A DNA stretch of 59,281 bases, counting the filler, from Platydemus manokwari (taxonomy: Eukaryota): NCBI GenBank assembly GCA_037951405.1. It is 5 parts of 5 records of this genome, joined end to end, with 100 filler letters (N's around TTAATTAATTAA, not from the genome) between each part and the next. Parts side by side here need not be neighbours in the genome. Positions count along the whole stretch, not along the records: positions 1 to 10,341 come from JBBMOY011143548.1; positions 10,442 to 24,681 come from JBBMOY011498083.1; 3 more parts are not named here. One strand, written 5' to 3'. Within the stretch, counting starts at the first letter, position 1. Every line of letters begins with the position of its first letter. Below, piece after piece: positions 1 to 13,600 of the stretch. Below the pieces are notes generated by a model. That model searched no databases and was not told where the DNA came from. It was given only the letters and a program-made list of their open reading frames with translations. The translations under genes were made by a program, and so were the position numbers.

Positions 1-119
1 GCAAATGGAAAATATTTTGATTGAATTTCATTAAATAAATATTTTAAAAAATGTTTTTGTTTTTTTAAAAAAAAAGCTGGAATCATATAATATATCTAAT
101 ATTTAAAAAAAATTTGTTT

Positions 120-1010
120 CAAATCGATTCATTTTGATAAAATTTTTCCCAGTATTTTTTCTCCTTTTAAATCAATTGATTTATATTCATTAGTTTTGTT
201 TTAAAAACTTCCTCAATAATGTTTTTCTTTTGTAGATTTTGTGGTATAATTTCTTTCAAATTTCTTTTTATATTTAAATCTTATTACTGTATTTAAACCT
301 TTAAATTTTCGTTTTTCGTTTAAGTTTTCATTTTCAATAATTTGTTCCATAGATTTTTCTTTAATAATAATTATTAATAAACTAACTACAATACTAGAAT
401 GTATTTTATTATTATATTTATTAACTAAGCTTTGTAATAAATGATTAATACGTTCTTTATTTGCAACAGCAATAAAATGTTTCCACCTAATGATTTTCAA
501 TGTTCTCATAAATTTTTCCAAATACAGGTTAACTTTCATTCTCAACAAAATACTAAATAATTTCATAATTCAGACAAATCATTTTAAATTTTCTTACCTG
601 TTATTTCAGCTTCTTTAACAAACCATATATATTTTTGAATTATTGATCTAACTATGCTCTCTTGTTTCTTATCTTTTAAAGATATTCACCATTCATATCT
701 TGTTTATGAATCAGTGACAATTAAAATAAAATTATAACCATCACTACTAAATCTGGACTATGGGTATTATCCTTTTCAAATATTTTAATTTTCAATAATT
801 TCTTAATTTTTTACAACCATTACGCGATTCCTGAGTTAATGGATCTTCATGATGTAATACCAATTTAATTGCATCTTCTAGTTTTACTACAAAAATCAGT
901 TTCGTTGAATATTCTGTTTCATTTCCACTAAGCAGTCATCCATACCAGTATTCTCTAACTTTTTAAAAATATGGAAATTTTTTGCTTTTCCAAACCCAGT
1001 CCTTGTCAAA
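120..1010 (-). mobile_element. Degenerate Maverick/Polinton-type retroviral-like (c-)integrase pseudogene
   Basis: Minus-strand translation across stops and frameshifts gives, in order: KDNTHSPDLVVM / DGYNFILIVTDS*TRYEW*ISLKDKKQESIV ... LEKFMRTLKIIRWKHF...LQSLVNKYNNKIHSSI ... KFKGLNTVIRFKYKKKFERNYTTKSTKE ... KGEKNTG/KFYQNE. These follow the Polinton integrase pattern WQADL..GYKYILTVID.FSKYAWA.PLK.K, ERFNRTLK...YNN..HSSI, KF..GD.VR......F.KGY...W..E, GE.I.G.FY..EL. Boundaries are approximate. Confidence 0.7.
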
Positions 1011-1029
1011 ACATTTTGTTCGTAACACA

Positions 1030-1145
1030 TTTAATAATAAATCTTACTAATCTTTCTCTAAATGTTGAATTAGGAATGTTATTCTAAATATCATTTACAA
1101 ATGTCATTTACATTTAAAGAGAAATTAGTAAGATTTATTATTAAA
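1030..1145. repeat. Imperfect inverted repeat (36-bp arms, 44-nt spacer)
   Basis: 1030-1065 reads tttaataataaatcttactaatctttctctaaatgt. The reverse complement of 1110-1145 reads tttaataataaatcttactaatttctctttaaatgt. The first 22 nt are identical. Confidence 0.85.
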
Positions 1146-4100
1146 GATATTAAGAACAAAAATGGTCTATTGGATAAGTATAATAATAATTGAAGAAAAA
1201 TGAATAAATCAATATTAATGGAAATAGACAGAAGCAGGAAAGGAAAAAGAATCAAAGAAAAATCAGAAAAAACAGAAGTTGAAAGGTGTAAAGTTAACAG
1301 ATACTTAGAAATTGATGCAGAAAAAAATATAGATGACTAAACAAGAATATTAGCTACTAGAAAATTTCAACATTCGAGGACTTTGATGTACTATAATGAG
1401 CCATATATTATTAATATGAAACACATTATAGTCATTATCAAGAAAACATTGGGGAAAGAAACAATGAAAGACCTAATTGAAATGACTTTGAAAATGAAAT
1501 GCAGACGAAACCCCTAATGACAACAGTAGTGTTTCATGAAAGTATCTGAAGCCTCTGAGACAGGTTTATAATATAATAGCGAGAGATTTGTTCATTCTCG
1601 TAAACCGTTGAAATATATTTATAATTATACAACATTTGCCGTCCTTACATTTGACACCACAACCGAAATTATTCTTCACTGATTTTAGGATTGAAACTAA
1701 TATTTCTGAATAAAATATTTTTTGATATTCCAGAAAGCATAATGATTTATTCAGATGAAAACTTTATTTTAAATTGATAACATAGCCTTGAATGAGACTT
1801 CAACAAGATTTTAACATCATAATAATGAGAGGCAATCACTGCATTAACATCTGATATACCGAATTTTGCGGTTAAACGATTTATGTAACAGGAAACAATC
1901 CTGGCTAACTATTTCTAAAATTAATCAAATCAAATCGGTTATTCTAGAATACTAAAACCTAAATCAAGAAACAGTTGCTTTTGAGTTTCATCCTCTCAAC
2001 ATTTTAGTCTTTTGTCCCTTTGAGATTTCGTCCAGCTCCAATTATAGTTATGAGTGATGGTAGACAATGTTAAAAATCGTTCTTATCTGTGTATTGATAG
2101 GTAATGGTAGTGGCGATGGTTGTAGTATTAGAGAAAAGTGAAAAAGAAAACAGAGAAGGGCTTTAAATACCCTTGGAAATGACAATGAGTTTTCTTGCAA
2201 TTGTTTATATACATTGATGCAAATTCTAGATGTTCATTAAATATGCTTAAATGTTTAGGAATTAGAATATATTCTTAAGGATTTAAATCTAACGGAAAAT
2301 TGAAATCGATTAGATATCGTTGAAAATTGAGGTTTAATTAATAAAATTTTATAAATGCTTTTATCAAGTTTTGAACTTATCCATAGTTTTTGTCTTGAAA
2401 ATTTTATGTTTTTAGAATATTTTTAAATTTTGTAATTTTCCAATAAGTTCGGAATGCAACCTTGAATTAATTACGAAAAATGTATTCAATTTTTGTAATC
2501 TTAAGAAAGTATCAACAGCATAAATCAGAAACTGATTTGTTTATAATTACAAATAATTGTACCATATTATTATTTAATTTTTAAAATTTACAGTTTGTAA
2601 GGAGTTTCGTAGATGAGTTGACACTCTACTGTATGCGATCATTCGAAATAAATAAAAAGCCAATTCAATACACCAATAGAGTGTATAAAAACTTTGTGTT
2701 AAACTAATAAAAGACAACAAACATAAATAACCAGTGAAGGCCTTAGACCTGATAAAATTACCGAGATTACAACCACAATATTTATGATTGTCATTGGTAT
2801 ACTTTAAATGATATCACAAATACTCGAATTTTATGAATATTCTTCGATTGTAGCTTTGATTCAACATTATGAATATTTAAAATAAAAATTGAAACTGAAA
2901 TATCTAAAAATATCTTACCCAAAATAAACAACACAGAAAGGATTGACGGTCGTTTAAAAACACAATTGACAGTTTTCGGAAAGTTGATCACAAAATCTGT
3001 AATCTTTTTGGTGAAGACTTCTTGGAAAATTTGTGTGAGCAGGTGTAGTTCGAATTTCATTGGATTTAGTAATTCCGATGGTCGTACTTTGTGCTCTAAG
3101 TTTTTATTAGTAGATAAAAAGTTTGAAAATTTTAACAGGCTGTTAGGCCACCGTGTTACATTTTACAAGTTTAGAAGTACAATGATGTTGGGTATGTGGT
3201 TTATATTGATTGGATAAGCATGTATATATGTTCACATAAATGTTGTGAGTCGTGGCAAATCAAAGACTTTTTGAGATTGATTTCCTCAACCTAAGCAATC
3301 GACTCGAAAATCATATATTTTTGATAACTAAAAATTTTACTTTAATTTAATTTTTACAAAAGTTTTATAGTTGATAATTCACAGTGTTCCAATAGATTTT
3401 TCAAATGGGAAAACATATTTTTGTACAAGTTATATGAAAATAGTCATTGTTCTTATCATATTATATAGACATAGATTTTCAAAAGATATTTAAGATAAAT
3501 ATCTATAAAGAATTATCAATAATTTCTAAATAATTCGATAAAAAATGAGAAGTTTAATCAATGATGTGATTCAGAGTTAATAAATTCCACACAAAATGTG
3601 ACATTTCTCAGAAAATAGGATATTTGTAAGTAAAGGGTATAAAATGTAAATTAGGCAAATGATAATTGATTTTAACAAAAAAATTATTGTTGCTTTATAA
3701 GTTGGTTTATTAGTAATAAATAAATACAGTAATGATAACAAATGTATCCTAAAAAAGGGTTATAAAAGGTATCGGTAGTTGGGTTCTCAAGAAATTGGTC
3801 AATTTCCTTGATGAAAGTAATTTCATTAAATTTTATATTATTAATAATGATTCAGTAATTATATTCTTAAATTATTTATTTAATTAAAACAAATATTCCC
3901 AATTTCTGAAAGCTTATTTAGCAAAAGATTTTCTCTCTCTAAGCTAGCCGGACTACGTGATAGCGAAGTATAGGCTTGAATCGAAGGTTTGGTTTTGTTA
4001 AGTACTATACGGTTATCGATCGGTGAATTCTGCTGTGCAATTTGATAATGAAATGAAATCAAATGGTACAATGTACACATAAAATATTTATATTAATCAA

Positions 4101-4896
4101 TGATTCATCTATAGAATGTCGGTCAGTGCTATACACGAGAAATTTTCTATTCCATTATTATTTTGGTAGTCAAATTTTTATACAGGATTTTCTGCTGAAA
4201 TTTAATTTTGATATTATTAAGAAATCGACTATCTGTTTCTTTTCTAAATCGAGAAACAAAATCTTCTAACCGGAATAAAAAATAATAAATCAATTAAAAA
4301 TAAAAGAAATTATATATTAATAGATTATCTTATAAAATTGTTAAATATGGTTTTAAATGGACTGCATAATAATTAACTGCAATAGGCTTTTCTCACATTT
4401 TTAATTTATAAATCATCCCAATGGAATTATTTACATCTAATTTTAAAATGACTTTCGATGTTTTTAATTATTATCGAACTTAATGTAAAATTATGTTATA
4501 ATGTGTTTCAGAGAATCCATTATTCCATACACAAAACTACAAATGCCTTCTAAAATTAAACAAGATAATAGCATATGAGAATCCCTTTAAAAACCAATGA
4601 AATACTTCCGATTATTTGCTAGCTAAGCAATAAATAACAGTCATGTAATAATTAATATCTATGAATCCATCAGTAACATTTTATTAATCTCATACTAATC
4701 CACATTATTTTGTCAATGTGAGACCATTTATATTCATTCTTCATTACAGAGATATTTTCATAATATGATTCTCATTTTTCAAATAAATTCTAATTTTAAA
4801 ACAAAACGTAAAAAAATATTAACACCTCAATTTACTAAATCGATAACACATTTTATTACACATTTTGTTTCAATGAAAAAAATAATAATATTACAA

Positions 4897-7800
4897 TTAG
4901 TAATTCAATTTATCAAACGCAATTTCTCTAATAATAGATTCTTTGTAGTCGCCCCAGTGGTAAAAGTTTTTCAGTTTGCCTTTCAAATTTTCAATCGTCG
5001 GAAATGGTTGCAGCTGTAAAATAACAGAAAAAATAATTAGAATGACATTAGTAATTGTGTTGGATAAAGAATCGAAATGCAAATGTGACAGGTTTGTGAT
5101 TTTTAGGATTAAGTGAGGAATAAATTAAATAAAGAGTAAGAATCTACGAGTGAGTAAATAATCGGAATTTGAATTCGACTCGAAACTCAATACTAATGAG
5201 GATAATATATTAAGAAACTGGTCTACATGGTGGAATACAAATTAGGATTGGATTCGATCAATAAGCATCTAAAATTCGTAATAATAATGTCAGTAATAAT
5301 AATAATCAAAACAATTAGGTTATTAATTTATATAATAAAATCTTGTATTAAAGTTGTGCTTTCATTTCTTTCATAACACATCACAAAATCGATTTATAAA
5401 CAATACTGAAGCTGTGTAAGAAGATATGATAAATATTAAAAATATCTAAAAATAAAATAGATAACTTTATATCTTAACTTTTTAAAAATAAATCTCGATT
5501 AGCCACTCTGTTTGTATAGGCAGAGCCTATTATTTTTACTCTCAATTTTTCCGAATGATTTTATTGTGGATATGATGTTAAGAATGTTTGTGTTAAAATC
5601 AGAGGATTTGTTTCTGGTGATTTTGAAAGTAATCTAGAGAGAAGAAGGAAAACAAATTTCCCAAAAAATGACTGTAGTTTCAAAATATAAGGTAATCTCT
5701 CCATTTTATTTTCCCTCTTGAGATTATCATGATATAATTTAAAAATATATTCGACTATTTTTGATTTTACTGTTTCTGAAAAATAAATAACATTCTGCCA
5801 TTTAATCATATTTACAAATCAGATAAATACAATCTGACCACACATATATGTCTGACAGACACCTACATTGGTTTAATTTCGTACAATGAAATTCTACTTT
5901 GTATTATTTTTCAAATCTTAACAGATTTACAACTTTTTCAATCCCTTTTAAAACTTGTATGATCTATATTTCCGAAATTCAATTGTGATTTTTCAATTTC
6001 TTTTTGCTCAATAATTTTTTACTCGATAATCTTTCTATAAATCTTAAAATCGGCAAAGTTTAATGAAACAATTCCAACAATCTTCTAAACGAAAGAGCCA
6101 ATAAATATTCAAAAACTTCGATTATATTCAAGAGATATTCGACTGTATCAAGAATCTCAACATACTCAGAACAAATTCAGAATATGCAAAACACTGCTGC
6201 TATGAGAAGTTTAAAAATCAATGAGGATAACGAAAATTTAAATTTATTTAAAAAATGATTTTTACACAATTCATTTTGAAAATTTTATTAAAAAAAATTA
6301 GAAAATATTAATTAAATGCCGTAATAATTTTATGAATATAATAAATGGTTACTGAATTTTCTTTTAATGTATCGATATTTCAAAATCAGCGAGCATTGTA
6401 TTATCAAGAAAAAGTTTCAAGTCTAAAAATTAATTTATTGAAAATAAATCTTCAGTCAATCTACTTAATCCTTATAAAATCATAACATGATATATTTTTG
6501 ATGGAATATATGGTCTGTTGCAACCTTACAAATGATCGTAAGCTAGGATATAATTAAATGAATGATTACTTTTTAGAATTAACTAAATCAAAATTAAAAC
6601 AATGTAAAATTTATAAAATGAAAGAATAGCTTAACGGATCGATCATATAAGAAAAGTAGATTCTATGGCTAAAGTTAAGAAAATTTTTAATTTGTTGAGT
6701 GTATTGCAAAAATCTATATAGTTTATTTAATTATATTCTTTAAAATATTTTGAATTTTTTATTTAAGTAATTAAGAAGAATTTTAGTTTGAAATTAAATA
6801 TTAAATACACTAGTGCTTGAAAATATCATAAAATTTGATTATCTGAGAAAAGAATTAAAGTAAGTCGAATTGCAATTTATTGAAAATTAGCGAGGATCCC
6901 CCTTTTTAAAAATAGACACAAATTGAGAGATGAAACTATTCCAGATATATTCTGAATTTGTTTCAACGAATTCAGAAAATATCTATAATTAACAAACTCG
7001 ATTTATTAATGAAGAAATTTAAATTTAAAAACTCAAATAATCATACAGAAGTGTCGTTATTAGAATAGGAAGTTAGTTTGAAAATTATGTTTTGTCCCTT
7101 TTAGGCATACTTAAAATTTATACGAATAAATCAAATATCCCAATTACAAATAATAAAATTAAATTATGATTATCTCATGCTCGAAAATTAACTTTTACGA
7201 AAGTAGGTCAAAAGACCCCTTTTCTTAACTTAAGTCGATTTTAATTTATATTTTTTATAGAAATCAAATCCTAATTCCATCGTGATTATTAAATTTTTTA
7301 TATTTAAAAAGATTAATAATTTTTTGATTTAACAGTCTGTAGTGAGTAAATGTGAATTAGGTAATTGTTCTGAAGAATTATTTTTTATGTTTTTAACTAA
7401 ATAATTATAAAATTGTATATCGTAAGAGTCAAATCATATAATTTATTAGCGGAGAATAAACGAATAAAGATTTCAATTAATTTGTTAAAGCAATATTATT
7501 ACGATTAGAATTTAAATATTTGCAAAAATATAGAAGTATTGTAAATTCAAAATGGAAGCCTCCGCATGACGAACAGTTATGAAAATATATGCTCAAAGAT
7601 ATTCTCATGTTAATTTCATCAAACAAGGATTTTTATATTTTTAAAATTGCTTATTTATTCCTGAGGGAATTGCTGATGGATGTATTCCTAGTCATTTTCT
7701 TTTTAAGAAATTGCTTCAGATTTCTATTGAATAGTAATGTTTTTGGAGGATTTCATTTTGCAAAAGAGATTTATCGATTATTATATTTACCAATAATTTT

Positions 7801-10192
7801 ATAATTTGCATTTTTCTTCATGGTCGATTAAGTTTTATTATCGATTTTCCTTTTCAAGTCGAGTCGATATTTTAAATAAAGCTTCAATAATTTCGAAAAA
7901 AAACAAAGAATGCAAGAATCGTTATTTATTTTAGATAATTTTTTTTATTATTTAACTTGATAATGAAACTATCGGCTGTTAAAAGTTTTCCTCCAAACGA
8001 ACACTTTTATCATCGTAATTGACGTGGTGATTTGCTTTAGGTTTTATTTATTGTCTTGTTTACAATTTTAATTAAAACCCTTTCTAGAGGTAGAGGTTCA
8101 ATTACAAATCATTGAACTCTAAAATATCGGTCCTTCGAATGAGGTGTCAAGCACAAACAACTAGCAATTTTCAAGCAAAAGGAGATTGCGCCTAATGTAT
8201 AATCAATGGAAATCTCGATTCTACTATTGGTAAATATTCAATAAACTTACCTTACATGCCTCCTATGGTGATGAATTTGATTGCTAAGAAATTATCTGAC
8301 ATGCATGCACCACATTTGGGTGGTTGTGCAATCATTGGATTAAATCAACACCTTCTAAACTCAAAACCACAGGATGATAAAACATCTAATTATCCAGATA
8401 CAAGACAATGAAAGTCAAAATTTTATAACAGTAAAAAGCCACTAATCCCTTTTCTCATAGAAAAATTCTATAGAGAAAAATTCTCTCTTCTCCGAATAGT
8501 CATCTCGACGCAAACAAAAGCATCCAGTGCATGGATCAGTAGGCGTATGACTGGCATCAAACCGTCAAAGGAATAGGACAAAATTAATGGCAATTTTAAT
8601 ACTGTTATTGATTGTACCTAACTCTAATAATAACCGTAAATCAATTTTACCTGATAAATAATTGACTGCATTTTCAAATTTCTTGACAAACTAGATCTCC
8701 AATTCATTTTATTCATCATTTCCAAAATTATCCATATTACTAAACACTAAATATCTTCACAACCGAATATCCTCCAATTCGCTATTCGGAATCATCAATA
8801 AATAGACATATTTCATCAACATACTGAATAAAAATCAGATTTTCAACCAAATAACTCCGAAAACATGGCTTCATCGTTGAGTTCTTTTATGGTTCTTATT
8901 GTTCCCAAAAACCTTTGAAGAATAGTCATTTGTCACTTGAAGTCTGAATATTGACTCATTGAGCTCGCAATAACCTTCTCTTGACTAATTATTCTCTTAA
9001 TTTCATTGACACTGGCAAAAATATATTGTTTGTAAACATCGTAACAAGAAAAATGAAACCGCTACATATGTCTTCGTTTAATACCCTGCAATTACCGGAA
9101 AATCTGTTTGATTCCCGAACTTCTGGGAAACTATCTCCAATTTTTAGGAATTGGCACTGATATATGAACTCCAGGCCATATGAAATTTCCCTAACCCTTT
9201 TCGAAGTAACTTGACAACAAAAAATAAGTCCAGACTCAAAAATTTTATTTTATATTTAAAAATTCCTTTTGAACGATGAATTCAATAGGCTTCTTGAGCT
9301 GTTAAAATATCGATCGTTATTATATCGGTAAAATACATAATCTTGTAGGCCTAGACAAAAATACCAATTTCATTTAATTTATCCTTATCGGTGCCCTATT
9401 TAAAGACGCCTACTCCGCTTGACAACAACCACTCGACTACCTAATACAGTTACCTATAATTTTTCGTCTAACTTAGAGATTACCCAAATCATTCAAATCT
9501 CATCACTATCAACTACATCAAAATATCATTTCCATCATTGTCCATTTTAACATTCAGGTAAACAAACAAGTTGAATCTCTCCTTATTCTGATCCAGATAT
9601 AAAGGGAACAGTACTGCAATTTAGTTAAATATTGCTCTAACTAGTCAATATTTAATCAGACTGTAATTTCCAGCTGTAACTTTCAGTTAAAAATAAAGTT
9701 TGGATTCCCCAATTAAACGAAAGCTGTCAACAGCCCGGTTATGAGCTCTAAAAAATTTAATAAAAAACTAAGAAAAGATCTAATTTATCAATTTAGATCA
9801 TGAGAAAGGATAAACAAATCTTCTTTCCACGGCGTCATACACTACAAAATCATGTTCATATTATCAAATAAATCTACACGAGGCCTTGTACCACCATGAC
9901 ATGTAGAGTTCAAATTTATGTTTAATAAATATATTAGTTTTCTAATCTTTACATGTAAATAAATAATATTTTATCAATATATTTAATTATATTAAAAAAC
10001 AATTTTAAAAACAAAAAATAAGTGATTTATAAATATTTCTATATTTACTTCTTTCCTTAACCACGATTGATATTGTCTGGTGAGATGTTTCTGGAAAAAT
10101 TTCACTTCAATTGCAATTAATTCAGCCCCATCACTAACTAACGTAACTCCCGTTGTTCCGCCAACAAATTCAAAAGCCATTGGCTCCAATCC
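4897..10192 (-). CDS. Last two exons (10192-10049, 5013-4897) of a cyclic-nucleotide-binding-domain protein, CNBD2-like; 5' part not in this contig
   Basis: Exon 10192-10049 (144 nt) has a tttttttaag acceptor and a gtaaat donor. It splices in phase 0 to a ttttacag acceptor at 5013. The joined peptide is GLEPMAFEFVGGTTGVTLVSDGAELIAIEVKFFQKHLTRQYQSWLRKE|LQPFPTIENLKGKLKNFYHWGDYKESIIREIAFDKLNY*. This resembles the C-terminus of CNBD2-like proteins (GL.....SLVS.GAE.I.I....F......YP....L......W..YK), recognised from memory. Confidence 0.6.
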
Positions 10193-10341
10193 CTTAAAAA
10201 AAGTAATATCTTCATATTTATTTCGAATTATATTTTATAAAATTTAATATTAACAAAAGCAATTTATAGGGTTTTTTAAGTTTTAAAATAAATTTTGCAC
10301 AATTTAAGATAATTATTTACATGAATAAGATAATTGTTTAA

Positions 10342-10441
10342 NNNNNNNNNNNNNNNNNNNNNNNNNNNNNNNNNNNNNNNNNNNNTTAATTAATTAANNN
10401 NNNNNNNNNNNNNNNNNNNNNNNNNNNNNNNNNNNNNNNNN
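10342..10441. other. Assembly spacer (44 N + TTAATTAATTAA + 44 N)
   Basis: Exactly 100 nt with a six-frame-stop linker in the middle; the same structure occurs four times in the window. Confidence 0.97.
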
Positions 10442-10697
10442 CGATATGGATTTTTTTTTAAAATCATTTCATCTGAGATAAAACAAACAAATAATTTGTC
10501 ATTTTTTAATCTTACGGTTATAATTAAATTCTGATTTGAAATAATTTGAAACTTAATTTTAGATATGATGTTGATAATCATAAATTAAATTTTTAAAATT
10601 AATTAATTTGTTTAAATAATATTATTTTTAATTTATTTTAAACTTTAATTTTTTAATTGTTTTATTCATTTTCATATATTTTACATATTATAATTAA

Positions 10698-13600
10698 ATG
10701 AATCTTAATGAAATTAAAGTAAAAATTAAAAAGTGGTCAGATGAATTTGAAATGGAATTTAAAAGACCTCCTAAAGGTAACGACATAAACACTGCACCAA
10801 AAGAAATTAAGGATCTATACCGAATTTATAAAAATCAAAAGCAACCGAAGACAATACAAAATGAAAATGCTAATCCTTGGGATATCCGAGGAAAGATTGT
10901 AACTTTAAAACAACCTAAAAATGAACAGACTGTTAAACCAATCGAGGATATAGTACGAAATAATTTAAGACGATTAAGGGATAATTCTAAAATTGAGAAA
11001 CCCGATAATAAATTAAAGACTTTGAATAAAGATATTTCTAATATCATTAATGATGTAGAAGACAAAAGAACTATCAGTACGAAAGATTCATATATCAGCG
11101 AAAAACATATTAAAAAATCACCACCAAAAATATTTTTTCGTGATGAATCTCAATGTCCAAACAATGTTTTAGTCAACAATAGTAGTCATCAATTCCATAC
11201 GAACTCCGTAGTGGATTCGGCAGCATTTTCTGAAATCAATTCAACAATAAATAAAAATAAATCTCTTGATGTTCCACCTAAAGAATTTTTAAAACCTTCA
11301 GAATTACCATTAAAACGGCAATATGCTAATATTGACTCTACTCCGGTGAATATCTATAAAAGAAAATCTTTTGTCGAAAAAGCAGCGACCATAAATTTTG
11401 ACAAATATCTTACTGACGACCAGGTTGTTAATAAATCAGTGATGTCTTCTAAAGAATCAATCGACCATAATACCGATGAAAAGTCCCAATTATTAAATAC
11501 TAACATCGATTCCACATTTACAAATTCGTCAGAAATATCTCAGCCTTTCACTAAAAAAATGCGGCTGGAAATTCCGAGTCCAGAAAAACGATCGTACAGA
11601 AGAAGCAATCAAAATTTCCTCAAATTAAATATGAAGAATCGTCAATTTTGTCCAAAAGCTACAGCAAAACAGCGTGCCACTAGAAATCTTATTCGACGAA
11701 CTAAATGGAATAATAAAATGCGCGGATATGGCAAATGTTTCCATTGTGGTGAAGAGGGCCATTATTCGAACAAATGTCCCACCAGACCGACATATGGTCC
11801 TCGTGACGAAAAATCGGACAAGAATGCTTTGGGATTTACTGATATTAGTGAGCCAATCAAAGTCAGCGATTTCAAATTACAAAATCCCGAAACCATGGCA
11901 ACGTCTGAAAATCGTGAATCATTGTTTACATCTTCAGATTTAATCGATTGTCAATCTGTGATTGCCGATAGTGACGATTTGGACGAATGTTTGAAGAAAT
12001 CTTTGAAATTATTTGGCTTCAAGTCTTTTAGAAACAAACAAGAAGCAATTATTCGACGAATCTGTGCCGGAAAATCTACTTTAGCCGTCCTCCCGACTGG
12101 AAGTGGAAAATCGCTCTGTTATCAGATTCCTTCATATATTTTCCAACAAACTAAAAACTCGGTCGCCTTGATAATTTCCCCACTGATTTCCTTGATGCAA
12201 GATCAACTGACAAAATTACCATCCGGTATCAAGGGGGTGACATTAAATTCGACCTTGAAATTTGAAGAGCGAGTCAAAGTGTTGCAGGAAATCAATAATT
12301 TGGAATACGCTTTCATTTTATTGAGTCCAGAAGCATTGGTCGAATGTAATTGGTTAACGCCAGATAAATTCCCATCGATTTCATTTGCTTGTATTGATGA
12401 GGTCCACTGTTTATCCGATTGGTCCCACCATTTCCGACCCAGTTATTTGCGAGTGTGCAAATTATTGCGTGATAAATATCGAGTGAACTGTTTTCTCGGC
12501 TTGTCCGCCACTTGTTCGCCAAGCACCATTAATAGCGTTGTAAAATCTCTCAATATCGATCCAATCACTGATCCCGATAGTTGTATCAAACAAATACCAA
12601 TACCCGATAATATAACCATCACTGTTTCCGAAGTGTCCGATAAAGATCGAGCATTGTTGAAACTTCTCCAAAAACCGCCACTCAATACGTGTTCGTCGAT
12701 ATTGATCTATTGTTCAAGTCGAGAAGAAACGATGTATTTATCGTCATTGATTCGTGATAGATTGCAATCGCAAACAGTAGAAATCAACAAGAAGAAATTG
12801 ACATGGACAGCACAAGCATATCATGCTGGCTTGACATTGGCTGATCGAGCCAAACAACAGCGAATGTTCATGAAAGGCCGAACACGGGTGTTGGTAGCGA
12901 CGATTGCATTCGGTATGGGTCTCGACAAATCCGATATTCGTGCTGTCATTCATTATTCTCGACCGAAATCATTTGAAAATTATGTCCAAGAAGTCGGTCG
13001 AGCGGGTCGAGATTCACTTCCGGCCCATGCTCTGGTGTTGGTGTTGAGAGATGAATTGAAACAGCAAGAAAACGAAGAATTGAATGAATTGAATCGATAT
13101 ACGTATGCCAACCATGTGGAATTTGTGACATTGAAACAGTTGGTGAGATATATTTTCACAGAATTGTCAACCAATAAATGCCAATCGTCCATTTGTTGTG
13201 GACATATTTGTGGATTTTCTCCATCGAAACTCGCTGTCAAGTTCAATATTCGAGAAGAAACATTGATGACTCTTCTTTGCTATTTGGAACTGTATGAAGA
13301 AGTTCGCAGTCTTCAAATTCTTCCAGCTAATTATCGATTTTGTAAAATATCTTGTTATCGTGGCCCGAAACAAATGGCTGAATTGTCGCACAAATCTCTG
13401 CCAATATCGACTGCATTAACGAATCAATATCTCCATGGCAACATCGATCTCACCAATACGCGATGTGTCAGTGTCGATATGATTGAAATGTGGGAGCAAT
13501 ATGGATTCGATGTCGCTACATTTCGTAAAGAATTGAAATCATTCGAATGGAATCAATATGTCGACAAAGAAGGAAATAATCGATATTCGAATTCTGGTAT

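Noticed and set aside
8100-9750. Decayed higher-GC block inside the CNBD2-like intron; isolated HWMLL and QPPKCGAC strings suggested a Polinton cysteine protease
   Set aside because: The motifs are in different frames with no convincing spacing. The block is probably TE-derived but cannot be assigned by eye.
10390-10581. ORF running into the N gap
   Set aside because: Artefact of the spacer; AT-rich and non-coding.
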